Source: the human T2T-CHM13v2.0 reference genome, Homo sapiens. Taken from it: 64,000 bases of DNA. This document shows positions 1 through 17,809 of the stretch, piece by piece. The notes below the pieces were generated by a model. That model was not told the DNA's origin. It saw nothing but the letters and a program-made list of their open reading frames with translations, and did no database searches. A program made the position numbers and the translations under genes. The stretch's first letter is position 1. Each line of letters begins with the position of its first letter. The DNA is taken from NCBI RefSeq assembly GCF_009914755.1, contig NC_060935.1; one strand, 5' to 3'.

Positions 1-3000
1 TGCTGCCTCGCGTGTTGCCATGGCAATCCCTGTGGCTGCCTGGGATACCCACTGCTGCTCCAGAATTCTCTGCTTAAGCAGGGCAGCTCTCCCGCAGCCT
101 GTGTGAGACACCGCCCTTTGCCATGGTATGATCACCAGCACGTAGCCTGGAAAGCCTGATACTGGCCTCTCCCTTCAGGTGAGCAGGGAGAGAAGATGGG
201 AGAGAGGGGCTGGTACTGGGCAAGCAACTACAGGTCAGGCCACAACAGCTTGCGGGGCCAGACTCCAGCTCAGCAGGTCATGCTTCCCCTGGCCAGGGGA
301 GCGGAGGGACCCCATCCTGGTACAGCAACCCCTTCCTCCCACAAGGATCAAGGTCTCCCAACTGCAAGAGGGGTCAAGGGAGGGAAAGTCTCCCACATGG
401 GGAAGAGGAAATGAGGTCTTTCTGCCAGAGTTAGAACTGGGTGAGAGGAAGGAGGGCTAGAAGATTCCAGGAGCCCTTCCCCTTCACAGGACTCCAAGGC
501 TGGTCTGAATTCCCCCCTGCAAGTCAGGCAGAGAAACTGTCAGGCATTCCTTGGGTCCCCTCTGGCCAGGGCATCCTGGGGCCGACCCATGAGTCCTCCT
601 GCCAATGTATCCAGGAAGGCCAATAATCCACCCAGAAAGGCACCAGCCTCAGAGCTGGCAGTGCTAGGAAACTGCTTGCCCAGTCTTTGCCTGAAGGGGC
701 AGGAACAAGAAGTGTCAGAATTCAGGAAAGGCACAGTCCAATCCAGGATGATGGGGAGTTTCTGAGAAGGTAGGCCCTGGGACTTTGGGCTGTGTCTCCC
801 ACCCAGACTAGAGGAAGCAGGCGGCTTTCTTATCCCATTGTGCGCCAGGCCCAGGTGAGCAAATCTGGTACAATCACTACTCAGGGGACCTTAGCCCTGT
901 ACGACAACCAACTTCACCCACCACAGTCCCAGCATGGCAAAAGGAGCTTTTTAGATAGTGAGGCACATAACAAGTGCCGCAGCAGCCTCTGCTGGCCGCC
1001 TTAGCCTTCCACACCTGACGCACGGCCGAAAAGGCCGGCGGACCCTCGGAACTATGCTTACCATGAGTCCCCGCTGGCCCGGGACAATTCTGGTCTACAG
1101 CTGTTGTCTCTGCATAATTACTAATAGCAAGCACACACACCCTTCACTCTCAGAAGCATCCCAGTTTGGACAATAAATTCAGTGGCCTCTAATCGCAGCC
1201 AAGCGCAGGATCCCAGCAAGCCAAGCGAGAAGGTGGAGAGACTGAACATGGAGATGAAAAGCCTTCTCTCTGGCCTCAACCAGGGATAGCTGCTCCCTTT
1301 CAGTCATCACCAAAGGAGGAAATTCAGAGTCCCCAGCCCTGGGCCAAGACAGATGCATCTGGGTAGTCACACCTGAGGGAAGAGGGAAAGCAGGTATGCG
1401 GGCCGGGGCGGAACTAGGCGGAAGGAGGAGAAAGAAGGAAGAAAGAAGAGCAGGCGCAGCTGGAGGGTAGGAAGCATGAAGGAAGCAGAACGCTATGACT
1501 CCATGTGTCCAGCAGGTGGCTACACTGAGCGGTCTGTATCGGTCCATCCCCATTGCAGCCGGGCAGCCCCATCCAGCTTGCCTTGTAAGGCTCGGGGTGT
1601 GGCTTCCTGTCCTTCTGCAAAGCCCACCTAAGTCACAAAGCCCCTCTTTCCCCTTTACCCTACTTTTCATTCGCTTTTCTCCGAATGACTCCCTAGCCTG
1701 AATTACAAAATCACGAAGACATTTCACAAACCCCCATGCCCTCACCCCGCACAACCCCGAGAGACAAGAAAGAGACGCCAGAGCAGTGGGCTCCGGGGTA
1801 GTGGGATTCCTGGATCGCTTCCTCCTGGGCTGGTGCCTGCTTGATGCAGGGCTCCTCAGAAACCCCCTGGTATCTGCCCACCTGGGTTGGGAGTCCCTGA
1901 GTACAGAGGTATAGGGACCACTGTGGTTTTTTGTGGTGTGGAAGTGAGGTCATAGAAATCAGGGAATTTCTATATGTCTGTCATTCAGAGAAGTTAATGC
2001 AAATTAGCTGCAAAGTAAAAAACAAATGTACACTATTTACATCAGAAGTCAGCAGTTATGGCATTTGGGGGATCAGGACAGCAGCAACAGTCCACACTCC
2101 ACAGGGCCTCATGAGGTAGTGAGAAGAGGGAGCCCCAGGCTGGTGCGGATGGGTTTTCCTGCACTGCTGCCCACCCCTGATTCCCCAGTCCCAAGTCACT
2201 CCAGGTGAAGCAATGGCCATATGTGTGGGAGGGAGGGGAAGTCACATCCTGCACTCAGGCAGCTTGCAGTCTGGTTGATGGCCTTTAGGCCCCAGTCCCA
2301 TGCTTCCTCCCACCATGGCCCCCCAGCCTAATGCCAAGATTCTCCCCAGGCTGGGGCCAAAGTGCGATTTTATCCCCCTTTTTCCCAAGTAGGAGAGGAT
2401 TATTGTGAAAAGGAAAAATAAGGATCACAGAATCCTTGGGAAGATTTCAAAGATGCCCTACCTACATCTGCATATCACTAATAAATAGCTGCTGAGTTCT
2501 GGAAGTTTACACTTGCCCAGTTCTTACCTGCAGTGGAACCTCAACCTAGCATTCAGTTTAATTCAACAAATTAAATGTACTGAGTGTCTTGTACAGGCCG
2601 GGCTTTGTGCCGGATGCTGAAGACTGTGGTCTCTGCCTTGAATAAGCCCTAAGTCTGGCCGGGGGAGAAAAACACGTCAAAAACACTGTAATTTGAAGAG
2701 ACTCACATTAGAGTCAGGTAGGTACAAGTACAATAGGAGCAAGTCTGAAGAGGAAGCATTTGATTCTGCCACTCTGCGGGTAGCACGGGGGCCAGGGGGA
2801 ACTCCACAAAGGAAGTGACATTTGAGCTGGACCCTTAAGGGTGAATAAGGATTTGCTAGGGAGAGGAAGACCAGCGCAGAAGCAGGAGCTTGGAAAAAAG
2901 CACAGAGGCCTCAAAGAGTGGTGCAAAGTCCAAAGGCTGTAGGGAAGAGGTCGATGAACCAAGGGCCTCGAGGCGGAGGAGACTGGACACATCTTGTAGA

Positions 3001-3793
3001 CAGGGCTTCATCCTGAATCTGCTTCCCACACGACAAAGCAGTGGACCTTCCTGTTCTCAGGGGATCCTTGTCAATACTGGGATCATCATGCTTCCCCACC
3101 CTGTTTCCAAGAAAGCAGCAGGCTCCTGTGGCTGGGCCTAGGTTGGCTGGCAGAGCCCCTCCAGGAATATCTGACAGGAGAGTTCATGTGCTAATTAAGC
3201 ATGCATCTGATATTGCAGACACGACAATCAATTAGCATAGCTGATTAGACACCTCCACGAATGAGCTGTGGTGGCTCCTGAATGCCCTGAACCCACTCTG
3301 GCCCACTCTCACTCAGAGCAACCGCCCCCGACTCACTCATTCATTTGAAGAAAGAGCAGAGGCTTTGGTAGAGCTGTGGTCTTTAGCCTCAGTTTCTTCA
3401 CCTACAACATGGAAATATTAGCATTAACCTTGTTGGGTTGTTGTGAGATTAATATATGGAGAGTACCTAATTTTAGTGCCTAAGTTAGTACTTAATAAAT
3501 GATAGCTATTAGTTCTGGGGTGTAATACCTTGGCTTTGGAGCTAGGGATTTGAAAATGAATAAGAAATAGTTTCTGGCCATAGGAACTCCCAACGCACAA
3601 AATAGTATGATAAATGCTGTCCTCAAAGTGCCATGAAAACTCAGAAAATGGCTGAATTGGTAAGCAGATCCTGTCCTGGGAGCAGTAGCAAGAGTTCAAA
3701 TTCTCAGTTCCTAAGTATAACTGGGCAGACAGGGCCCTTCTAGCCCCTGCCACAAAGCCCGGGGGTCTCCTAGCACCTCAGATGAGTGCTTGA

Positions 3794-4113
<320 letters not shown>

Positions 4114-4524
4114 CACACTTTCTCTTTAATTCATATTAAAAGACTTTTCAAATTGACTCAGAAGCTAAGTCCTCTCCAGCATGAGGCCATGTTGGCCGGG
4201 CTCATCTGAGCCTCAGGAGTATAACCGGGCCCAAGTTGTAACCCCCATTCCGGCCTCCTCCTCTCCTGCACCAAGAAAAACCAGAACAAAGCTTAGCATC
4301 CTACCACTTTCATGCTGAGAAAGCATAGAAGAACAAGAAAGTAGGATTTCTAGAGGTTAAAGGTAACTATACTGAGTCCAAAACACCAACTGCACAAATA
4401 AAGAGATGGATGCAACATGGCTCCATCTCCTTTCTCACGATATGTGTAAAGGAGACACGGGAGCTTCTGACGATAGTGCAGTGGGAATCCGTGGTGTGAT
4501 GTGGTCACCATGAAAGCTAATCCA

Positions 4525-4848
<324 letters not shown>

Positions 4849-5028
4849 AAGCTAATCCAATCTTAAATACACTGATTAAAATAGAATATCTATCTAGGCC
4901 TTTTTTCAGACATCTCTCTCTCCTTCACAAGGAACTGCTCTCCTCTCTGCTTTCTTCTGTCTATTAAACGTTCCACTCCTTAACCCACTAAAAAAATTAA
5001 TTAATTAGTTAATTAAATAGAATATCTA

Positions 5029-5250
5029 GCTGAGTGTGGTGGCTCATGCCTGTAATCCCAACATTTTGGCAGGCTGAGGTGAGAGGGAGCCCAGGAGTTC
5101 GAGACCAGCCTGGGCAACATAGCGTGACCCCCATCTCTACAAAATATTTAAAATTTAGCCAGGCATGGTGGTGCACACCTATAGTCTCAGCTGCTCAGGA
5201 GGCTGAGGCAAGAAGGATCTCTTGAGCCCAGGAGTTTGAGGTTACACTAT
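5029..5250 (+). mobile_element. 3'-truncated Alu (J-like)
   Basis: Left arm plus part of the right arm. Confidence 0.85.
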
Positions 5251-5649
5251 ACATATAAACACACACATACACACACGCATAATGTCTACACTGAGGGAAG
5301 TGATACCCATTGTACTCTGATCAGCACACTTTGAACATTATGGCCCAGCTCACTCCAACTGGAATGAGTTCAGAGAAGTCAGTGTGAGACTCGAAATCAT
5401 GCATTAAAAAGGATGGTTGAAGAAACTGGGGGAAAAAAAAAGTCAGATGGGCCCAGCAGCTTTCTTCTAATGGCAACATTATGGCTCTTCTAGGGTCCTG
5501 CATCCTTTTCCTCCTGCCTCTCCCTCTGGTGTCAGCCTCTGGCATAGGTTGTCACGCTTGGTTCTGCTGTTGAACTGAGGGTAGAGGAGAAGGATGAGGC
5601 CCTCTAGGGGAGGTGTCCATGAACACCATTAAACCTTCTGTGTGTGCTC

Positions 5650-6455
<806 letters not shown>

Positions 6456-7218
6456 AAACTCCGTGTATGAAGATTAATTTCCTACTACCTTATTATGTAA
6501 AAGATTGTCTGCTTCCTTTCCTGTATAAGTTTTAATGCAAGACTCTCCTCCTATTAGCTTAATGCTGTGGGCCCAGGAAGGGAAACAGGTAGGGCACAGG
6601 GAGAAAAATTTATCCCAACACATCTAAAATTGTGTCAGATAGAAAGGAGTTAGTCTTTTTTTTATATAAGCCCCAAGTTGGATAATTCAGACAAATGGTG
6701 AAGCCATGGGGAAAGACAACTGGAAAAAAGCTAGAGTTGCTCAGGAATGGAATACATATGTTCAAATGTGAGTGGAACGGCACATCACATAAATGTGTTT
6801 TGCCAGGGGATCCTGGCACTGGGGTGAGTGTGAGGATTAGCTCTTGTCGAAGGCTCTTTCCAACTTTGATTCTAGGATTAATCGAATTAACACTGCATTT
6901 CCATGGTACTAGAGGGGAACAGCAGTTGAGCTAGTGAACTGATGGAAATACTTACACACTAATTGGTATGGGGAAGGTGGAATAACTAGAAGCCCTTTAA
7001 GGTATCTTCCAACTCTGAGATTCTTATTTTGTGATTCCAGATTCTGAAAGGGAGCCACTGTAGAGCTACTGGCAGATCTACACAGCTGACAAGATGCAGC
7101 TCACCCCTCTGTCTCAGGTCTCAGGACAACACCTGGTGTGTGCACGTGGGTGGGGGGTGGGTGTGGGAAGCAGAGATGAGGGCAGGAAAAGATAGACATC
7201 TGCAGGGCCAGAGCTTGG

Positions 7219-7219
<1 letters not shown>

Positions 7220-7266
<47 letters not shown>
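7220..7266. repeat. (CA)~23 microsatellite
   Basis: Read directly. Confidence 0.98.
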
Positions 7267-7268
<2 letters not shown>

Positions 7269-8778
7269 TGGAGATCCAGAGTTGGACCCTTCCCTTAGCT
7301 GCTGGCCACAGTCATCTATTGTTGGGGACACAGCTGCCTCTACCTCCTCTCCCAAAACCAGTGCAGGCTTGAGGCAACCTAAGACACCAAACCTCAGAAC
7401 CAAAGTCCATTTGCCAAAGCATAGGTGCCCCCTCAAAAGCTGGGGGACAGAAGATGGTGCTGAGCACAGAAGCTACTGCCAGCATGACCAGAAGGTATCA
7501 CTTAAAGTGGCATCCTTCAGCCATCTCTGTGTGCTCTGAGACTGTGGATAAGAGTCCTCTAGTCACCCACTACCTGGCATCCCCCTCTCACTCCCCTCCC
7601 TGTCCCCAGAGCTCCTGCTCTCTGCTTCCCTCCCTTTAATGCAGGGTGGATAGGCAGAGAACACAGGACGCTTCCTGCCCTGGGCCCTGCTCAGACCTCA
7701 GTGGTTCAAACACAGCCCTCCCCACAGAGTTCTCACTACCTGCTCCCCATTATGACCACAGCCTCTCTGCATCACCCACAGGTAACATGGCCCTTGGCAG
7801 ACTGCTTTCTCCATCCCACAGGACTCCCACACACCTCACCCCACTCTGCCTCCTCCACTTTATACTGGCCAAAAACGTGACTTTCTTAACAAGCCAAAAA
7901 GCTGCTCATCCTCTCCCAATATCCCACCCTTGAACTTTGAAGGCTGAGTCAAGAGTTTTATTTCTGTCAAAACACAGCCAGTGCAGAGGGCCAACCTTCT
8001 TCCCTCCCACTGAGGAACTGGAGGGGCTTCCTCAAGGTCTCATGGACACAGCCTTGCAGCTTTGGAAGCAGAGAGAGAACAAAACCCCTGACTCAATTCT
8101 CTTCCTCTTTTGCTCCTAGAGACTGTTCTTTTTCCTGCCCCTTAGGAGACACAGACACCGTAGCAACCGCACTAAGCCCAGCGGTAATGTGTTTTCCTAT
8201 ATGGAGTTCCACCCACCTATGCAGGAGTCCACCACTGACTATCTTCATCATAAGCCACCCTGCCCCCAACCAGCACTATGCTCAAAGGCAAAAGAAACAA
8301 CCAAACAAACATGAAATGCTGGTGAAAACTGCTTTTGAAATTCCACATGCCCTTAAATGTTAAATGCAGAGAACTCCTCACCCCTCCCCACCCCCACCAC
8401 TAGTTCTTATGTCCCCAGCTTCAAATAAATTCAAACTGGGTCCTGTCTGGACACCACCACCAGCACCCACCTCTCCCCTGACAAGGGGCAATGGGTAATA
8501 GAAGGCTACCATGAGACAGGCAAGAATCACTGGAACAAGCCAATCACTTCTCCCCCGCCTCTAGACACCCCCTCTCCAGGGGACAGAAGATCCCCACCTG
8601 TTTGACTACTCTTCTTCAAATAGTACATCCCTCAATCCCACCCAGCAAGAGACACTGGCTCTCCAAACACAGCCAGAGAACTGTGACCCTGGTGTTCAGG
8701 TAAAGCCAGGAATAAGACAAGAGAAGGATCAACAGAGACTGGGACATGTGCCACTGAGGCAGCAGACATGCTCTTTAA

Positions 8779-9296
<518 letters not shown>

Positions 9297-10036
9297 CTAG
9301 GAGACTGACCACCACTGACTTCCCCTACTAAGCCCAATTAATGAAGGGAAGGTCAGAAGGACCCCCCCTCGCCCCCCCTCAACCCCCCACAAACTGAACT
9401 TCCCACTGGGGGGAGCAGCAGAAGGGAGCTGCTTTTCAGCAGTTGGAAGCCCAGGAGGAAATAGCCCCAGGAGATGTTAAATACCACCTGAAGCCCCTTG
9501 GCATGGCTCCATCCTGCAGCATTATTTTTACCCCGGGCAGCAAACATATCCAGCATGTGCAGAAGGAAACTGCCCCCGGCTGGCAGCCCACTACTTAATC
9601 TGCATGAAGAGCTGAGCTGGCCAAAGCAGGAGACGGCCATCCTGGGTGGCAACAGCACTGTCAAATTTGATGGGGACACAGTGACCAGGGTAAAGTGCCC
9701 AAGCTCTCTGTCAACAAGTAATCAGCATGAAGGTCCTATTACTTCAGGATGTATGGGGGAAAACAAGGAAGAGTTTATCCTGCTGGGATATCCCAACCCC
9801 CCTTTTCTTGGGAGACCCAGAAATGTGGCTCTCCCTAATCTACAACCATTCACAGACTGATCTCTCCCTGACAACAGAGGTAATGTAAGTACGCACTGAA
9901 CATACACGTTTGACACACAGTAAGTACTTAATGAAAGAGAGCAATTAAAACAATAATTTTTTTCCCAGACAGGCATTCCTCTCTTCCCAGAGGTCTTGTC
10001 TACCACCTCCCAAGCCCCTGGCAAAAAGAGACAAGG

Positions 10037-10363
<327 letters not shown>

Positions 10364-11127
10364 TCAAGGGCACGTGCCCCTCTAACACACTTGGTTAGGA
10401 TCTTCAAAGCCGAGTTCCAAACTGAAACTACCAGCAAGCAGTTCTTCCAGGACTGGGGAACTCAGCTTCAAGTACACTAGGACCTCCTTGCAGAGGCTAT
10501 GAGAACCCCTGGTAAGAACTGCTCTGGACAGGAAACAGTCCCTTGGACTGCCCCCTCACCTCTTACCTTGCTACTGGCGTGAAGATAGGTGGGGGTGACA
10601 ACTGCAGGGAGAGGAATCTGTTGTTTAAATTCTGACTCTTTCCCAACTCAGAGCGATTTTGAGCAAGTTAACCTCTCTGCACAATTGCTTCCTCTCCTAC
10701 TAAAAGGAAAATAAAGAAAACAGGCCCTGTTTACTAAGCACTAGAGATTGCATTTTTACGTGTGACAGGATAAAGTCACACACTTTGTAATTCCTTAGCT
10801 GACAGAGGGCGCTGGATGTGATATGCGGAGGGAAAGACTGACTCCTTTTTCAGCAGACTGCTCTCTGTCCCCTCCCAAGGGGGTGGGTTCACAGGTACTG
10901 CCTGAGTATCAACCTACCACCAAGATCGCCCACGTGCCCTTGTTTTCTGAAAGGGTGAAGCTGTATAAGGCCAAGATCAACACCATCAAGTTTGAATCAT
11001 TCAGGAGAGATAAAGGAGAGACTGAGTCATTCCAGTCTATTACTACGTCTATTACTACTATTATATTCTATCTGAGCCAGAGTGTCTGCTCAGTGATTCT
11101 TCCTTTTTGTTGTTTTTACATTTTTTA

Positions 11128-11255
11128 AATTTTATTTATTTCATTGAGATGGGGTCTCATTGTCCAGGCTGGTCCTGAACTCCTGTGCTTAAGTGATCCT
11201 CCCACTTGACCTCTTGAGTAGCTGGAATTACAGGAATGCACTACCATTCCCGGCC
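11128..11255 (-). mobile_element. FLAM / Alu monomer
   Basis: Antisense monomer consensus. Confidence 0.75.
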
Positions 11256-11845
11256 TGTTTTAATATTTTTAAATTCAGATATAATTATCATACCATAAAG
11301 TTCACCCTTTTAAAATGTACAATTCAGAGGTTTTTCACATTGCTCATGGCTTCTTAAGTCTAAACTTGAAAGTGGAGGAGGCGCAAGAAAGGAGATTTGA
11401 TTAAAAGGAAAAAAAAAATCTTCCACGTAGAGAAAGGTTTCCAAAGCCCAAGTAAGGGAGATTCTGGTCAAAACCTAAATACTAGGTCTCTCTCTTGAAA
11501 ATCTTTTCCATATTGGAAACAGGATTATGTTCTAGATCTAAGGCCTACTATTATTAAGTGTGTATAGACCCAGGGCTCCGCTTTCGCCAGTCTAGAAAAG
11601 GCATATCACACTGCCCTCTAGTAGACAGCCTAGGAAATGACAGTCAGCTAGGGACTGGACAGGCTTGCGATCTCTGCCCTACAAGATGTGCTGTGTTCTC
11701 ACACTTACAGGCAGAGAAATTGGAGGGGGTGGAGTTTTTAAATGTTCACTAATGCCTACTAAATAAACATAGAGCTCACCTGAAACAGAATCTAACTGCT
11801 TTCCCTACACCTTAATCTCTGCTTAAAAATAAATAATACATTCCT

Positions 11846-12005
11846 GCGCATGCCTGTAATCTCAGCTACTCGGAAGACTGAGGCAGAATTGCTTGAACCC
11901 AGGAGGTGGAGGTCGCAGTGAGCCGAGATCGTGCCACTGCACTCCAGCCTAAGCGACAGAGCGAGACTCGGTCTCAAAAAAATAAAAAATGAATAAATAA
12001 ATAAA
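11846..12005 (+). mobile_element. 5'-truncated Alu (right arm only)
   Basis: TSD aataaataatacattcct. Confidence 0.88.
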
Positions 12006-13496
12006 TAATACATTCCTTTGTTAAGGGAAAAAAAGTGATTTCAGATTTCTAAAGCCTCTGAGCCTCTTAAGAGTGAGGTGTTCCTAAGAAACAGCGTGAG
12101 GGTCCCACAAAAATGAAGTTAAAACCCGAACCCATACAGAAACAAAACCTAGCTGTGCAGAAGGGGTGTGACAATGAGCTAGGAGTTGAATGCCTCCTCT
12201 GCCACCTTGGGAAGGCGAGACAGTAGGATCACAGCCCACAAGTTTCAAGCATGCCATAGCACTCCAGCCTGGGCAACACAGCAAGATCTGAGCTGTAAAA
12301 ATAAATAAAGTACTTCCATCTCATAAATGCTGATTCTCGACACAATTCCAGTTTACATTTTATCTCCCTACCTAAGCCCTTCTCTGACAATCACTGGCCA
12401 GAGTTAGGGAAGAGACATCCCTAACTTGGTAGTGACCCCAACTGATACTCCCTTCGGGATTTTCAGGTCTCAAAACTATTTAAAAATCTATGTATGTCTC
12501 AAATGGCTGGGGGATGGACAGCCTTTCTTTACAAGTCTGAGAAGTATATAATGTGGCAAAGATAATATGTTATGTGTCCAACAACATCCATTTATCCCTT
12601 CTTCCTGATGCATATTATATGCCTCGGGCTCCTTTGCATTAAGAGGGAGCCTTGTGACTAGGTTCTTACCAACAGAATATGAGTAGAAGTGTGTGCCGCT
12701 TCTAGAGCTAGCCGGTAACATCTGCCAAGCAATCCTTCACGTTCTGCTCAACTCACTAAAATGGTAATGCCCAACACAACCTTGGAAGCCATAGTGAAGC
12801 TGGCATCAGCCTGATCCCTAAACAACTTCATAGAGTATCTCACTCCTACTTTCTCAACCTGAAACGACCTGCATGTTACACGAGTGAGCAGGGGGGAAAC
12901 ACATGTCTATTTGGAGTCTGCTTTAGCAGTTTAGTCTACCCTAACTAATATGGGTACTAAATGTCAATTCCATGAAACCAGACCTTGCTTCTGGAGCTGC
13001 ACTTAGGGCTTCAGGTGCACAGAACTGAGTTATCACAGGCCTGAGTTCATGATACACGATCACTTTCATCCATGCAAAGCCCTCTTTGCTTCCCTTTCCC
13101 CGCTTCATTCTCCATTCTAGTCTCATTCTGTTCCCTCCCACAAACCTATTCTACTGATTAAGGTGTATATCCTCCTTATAAAATAATATCACTTCATGTG
13201 TTTATATAGCTGATTTTTGCTTTAAATTTCACTGTTCCTTATTTTTTCACTTGAAGTCTACCATTTCACGAAATTCCTAACAGCTTGCATTTGACTTAAA
13301 AAAAAAACTCCATTATATGCATATACCACATTTTACTTATCAATTTCCTTAGTGATGGACATCTAAGTTTTTTCCAAATTCTTGCCACCCAAACTATACA
13401 TAGAAAAACATCCTTGTATCTACTCCTCAAGGATTTATGCAAATTTCTCCGAAGGATATAGCCAGGAGTGGAACTACTTTGAAGTATGTACATAAA

Positions 13497-15340
<1,844 letters not shown>

Positions 15341-15671
15341 TTGATGATAATGATGACAATGATAATAATAACAGCTAATAATTCTGTGACACTACTGTGT
15401 GCCAGGCATTGTTCTAAGCTTACAATAAACCTATGAGGTAGGTACTATTATGTCTATTTCACAGACGAAAAAACTAAGGCATAGAGAAGTTAACTGGCTT
15501 ACCAAAGGTTACACAGCTAGCAAACGACATAGCTGGGATTCAAATTCAGGCAGTATAGCTCCAGAGCCACACTATTAAAAACTGCAATATCGCTCCCTAG
15601 GTATTACTTGATTTCAGTAAGTTTCATTCATTTGTTCTCCAAAATGAATACACCAGCTGAAATATTCCATG

Positions 15672-15980
15672 TAGCCGGGCACAGTGGTTCATGCCTGTAA
15701 CCCCAGCACTTTGGGAGGACAAGGCGGGCGGATCACCTGAGGTCAGGAGTACGAGATCAGCCTGGCCAACATGGTGAAACCCCATCTCTACTAAAAAAAC
15801 AAAAATTGTGTAGCGCATGCCTACAGTCCTGGCTACTCAGGAGGCTGAGGTGGGAGGATTGCTTGAACCTGGGAGGCAGAGGCACCACTGCACTCCAGCC
15901 TGGATGACAGAGTAAGACTCTGTCTTTTTAAAAAAAAAAAAAAAAAAGAAAGAAAGGAAAAGAGAAAAGAAAAGAAGAGA
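15672..15980 (+). mobile_element. Alu with internal deletions
   Basis: TSD aaatattccatg. Confidence 0.88.
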
Positions 15981-16829
15981 AAATATTCCATGAGTTCTGA
16001 TTCCCCATCAGATCAGTCTCTTGCTTATTTTTGCCAAACTAAGATGTAAGGTAGAAACTCAGTGTTTTAATTAGCGTATCTGTAATTACTAGTGAGGTAA
16101 TATACTTATGAGCCACTCTGGTTTTCTCTTTAGATTTTACCTATTCATATTTTTGCATATTTTTATTTCATCTGTCTTTTTCTTCATGATTTGCAGAAGC
16201 TCTTTCTATATTCTATCCCTTGTATATGCAATCCTTGTCAGTTTTAGACACTGCAAATATTTTCTCCTAATCCGTATCCATCTTTAGCTTTGACTATGGG
16301 ATGCTTTGCTAAATAGAAACCTTTAATTACAAAGTAATCAAAGCTATCAAATCTTATGCATTGTGCTTTGGGATCTTATTTAAGAAATTTATCTTTACCC
16401 CAAGGCACAAAAACATTTGCCATTTGTTCCTACTAGCTGTATATCACGTTATCTTTCATTTAGGTCTTTAATCACTTTGGGATTTTTGTTTTATATGGTA
16501 TGAGGGTTCAACTTTATTTTTGTCCATATAATAAGCCAATTTTCTGAGCACTATTATCCATCTCTTCCCTACTAACTTGTGACACTATCTTTATCATACA
16601 CCATGTCTCCAAATATCTGTGTGTCTATTCCTGAGTCTAGTTTAGTACTAATTCCTGTTTTCTCAGAGGAAGGATCTATCACTAAGAAAGTTTTTACTCA
16701 CACTGCTTTCTAGATTAGTGAAAAATTCAACCACCACCCCCCAAATCCCCACAGGTTCAATATTAGCCTGTATTCTTCCCAAAACAGAATACCCAGTTAA
16801 GAAGATAATTTTAAAAAAATAAATACATG

Positions 16830-16835
16830 TTTATT
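16830..16835 (-). terminator. BUD13 poly(A) signal AATAAA
   Basis: tttatt on +, about 280 nt past the stop, with T-rich context on the minus strand. Confidence 0.85.
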
Positions 16836-17117
16836 TAAAAAAGAAAAAGAAAAACCCTACCAAGAACAAACCCTGGTCAATGAGAAATCAATGCTTCCTC
16901 TGAAAGCCAGCAACAGCCGGTGCTGTCACACCCAAGAAGTACAGGTACCTCAGTCCAAACATCAGGTCTCGAATATTCTTCTGTGGTCAAAACTGGCATT
17001 CAACAAGTTGCTGGTCTGTGTGGGCTCCAATTATTAGCACAGACAACTGTTACCACTGGATATCTCGCTGCCTATGCCCACTACCACAGCCCAGCCACCC
17101 CCACAGCCTCAGGAAAG

Positions 17118-17211
17118 TTACATATCCTCAACACTCCATTTGTAGGCAAGTTCCTCCACTGCCTTCTTGCTGGCAAGCCTGGCAAAGCGCTTCTGTTCAA
17201 ATCCATTGGAT
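17118..17211 (-). CDS. BUD13: BUD13 exon 10, coding part with stop
   Basis: tgcag|ATCCAAT (SNGFEQKRFARLASKKAVEELAYKWSVEDM TAA). Confidence 0.96.
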
Positions 17212-17341
17212 CTGCAATCAAAAGAGACATACTATTCAGCTAGAACCCTGAAAGGGGCATTTGTTTCAAAAGAAAGGGAAGAGTTCACAATATAATGAAA
17301 AGGGGGGAAAGTAAGGAGTCATATGAAAATATTTTAGGCAT

Positions 17342-17733
<392 letters not shown>

Positions 17734-17809
17734 TCACACCCTTCCCCCACTCTGACAGCTATTTCAAACGTTTGCCACTCTAAAAGCCTGGTTCTCTCTC
17801 AGCTGATGT

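Noticed and set aside
1179-1754. 191-aa minus-strand ORF in the intergenic region
   Set aside because: Non-ATG start, low-complexity translation of a purine-rich tract, and no recognisable domain or splice structure.
9362-9388. C7-C7-C6 tracts as a possible G-quadruplex or i-motif
   Set aside because: Only three long runs and no supporting context; too common to call.
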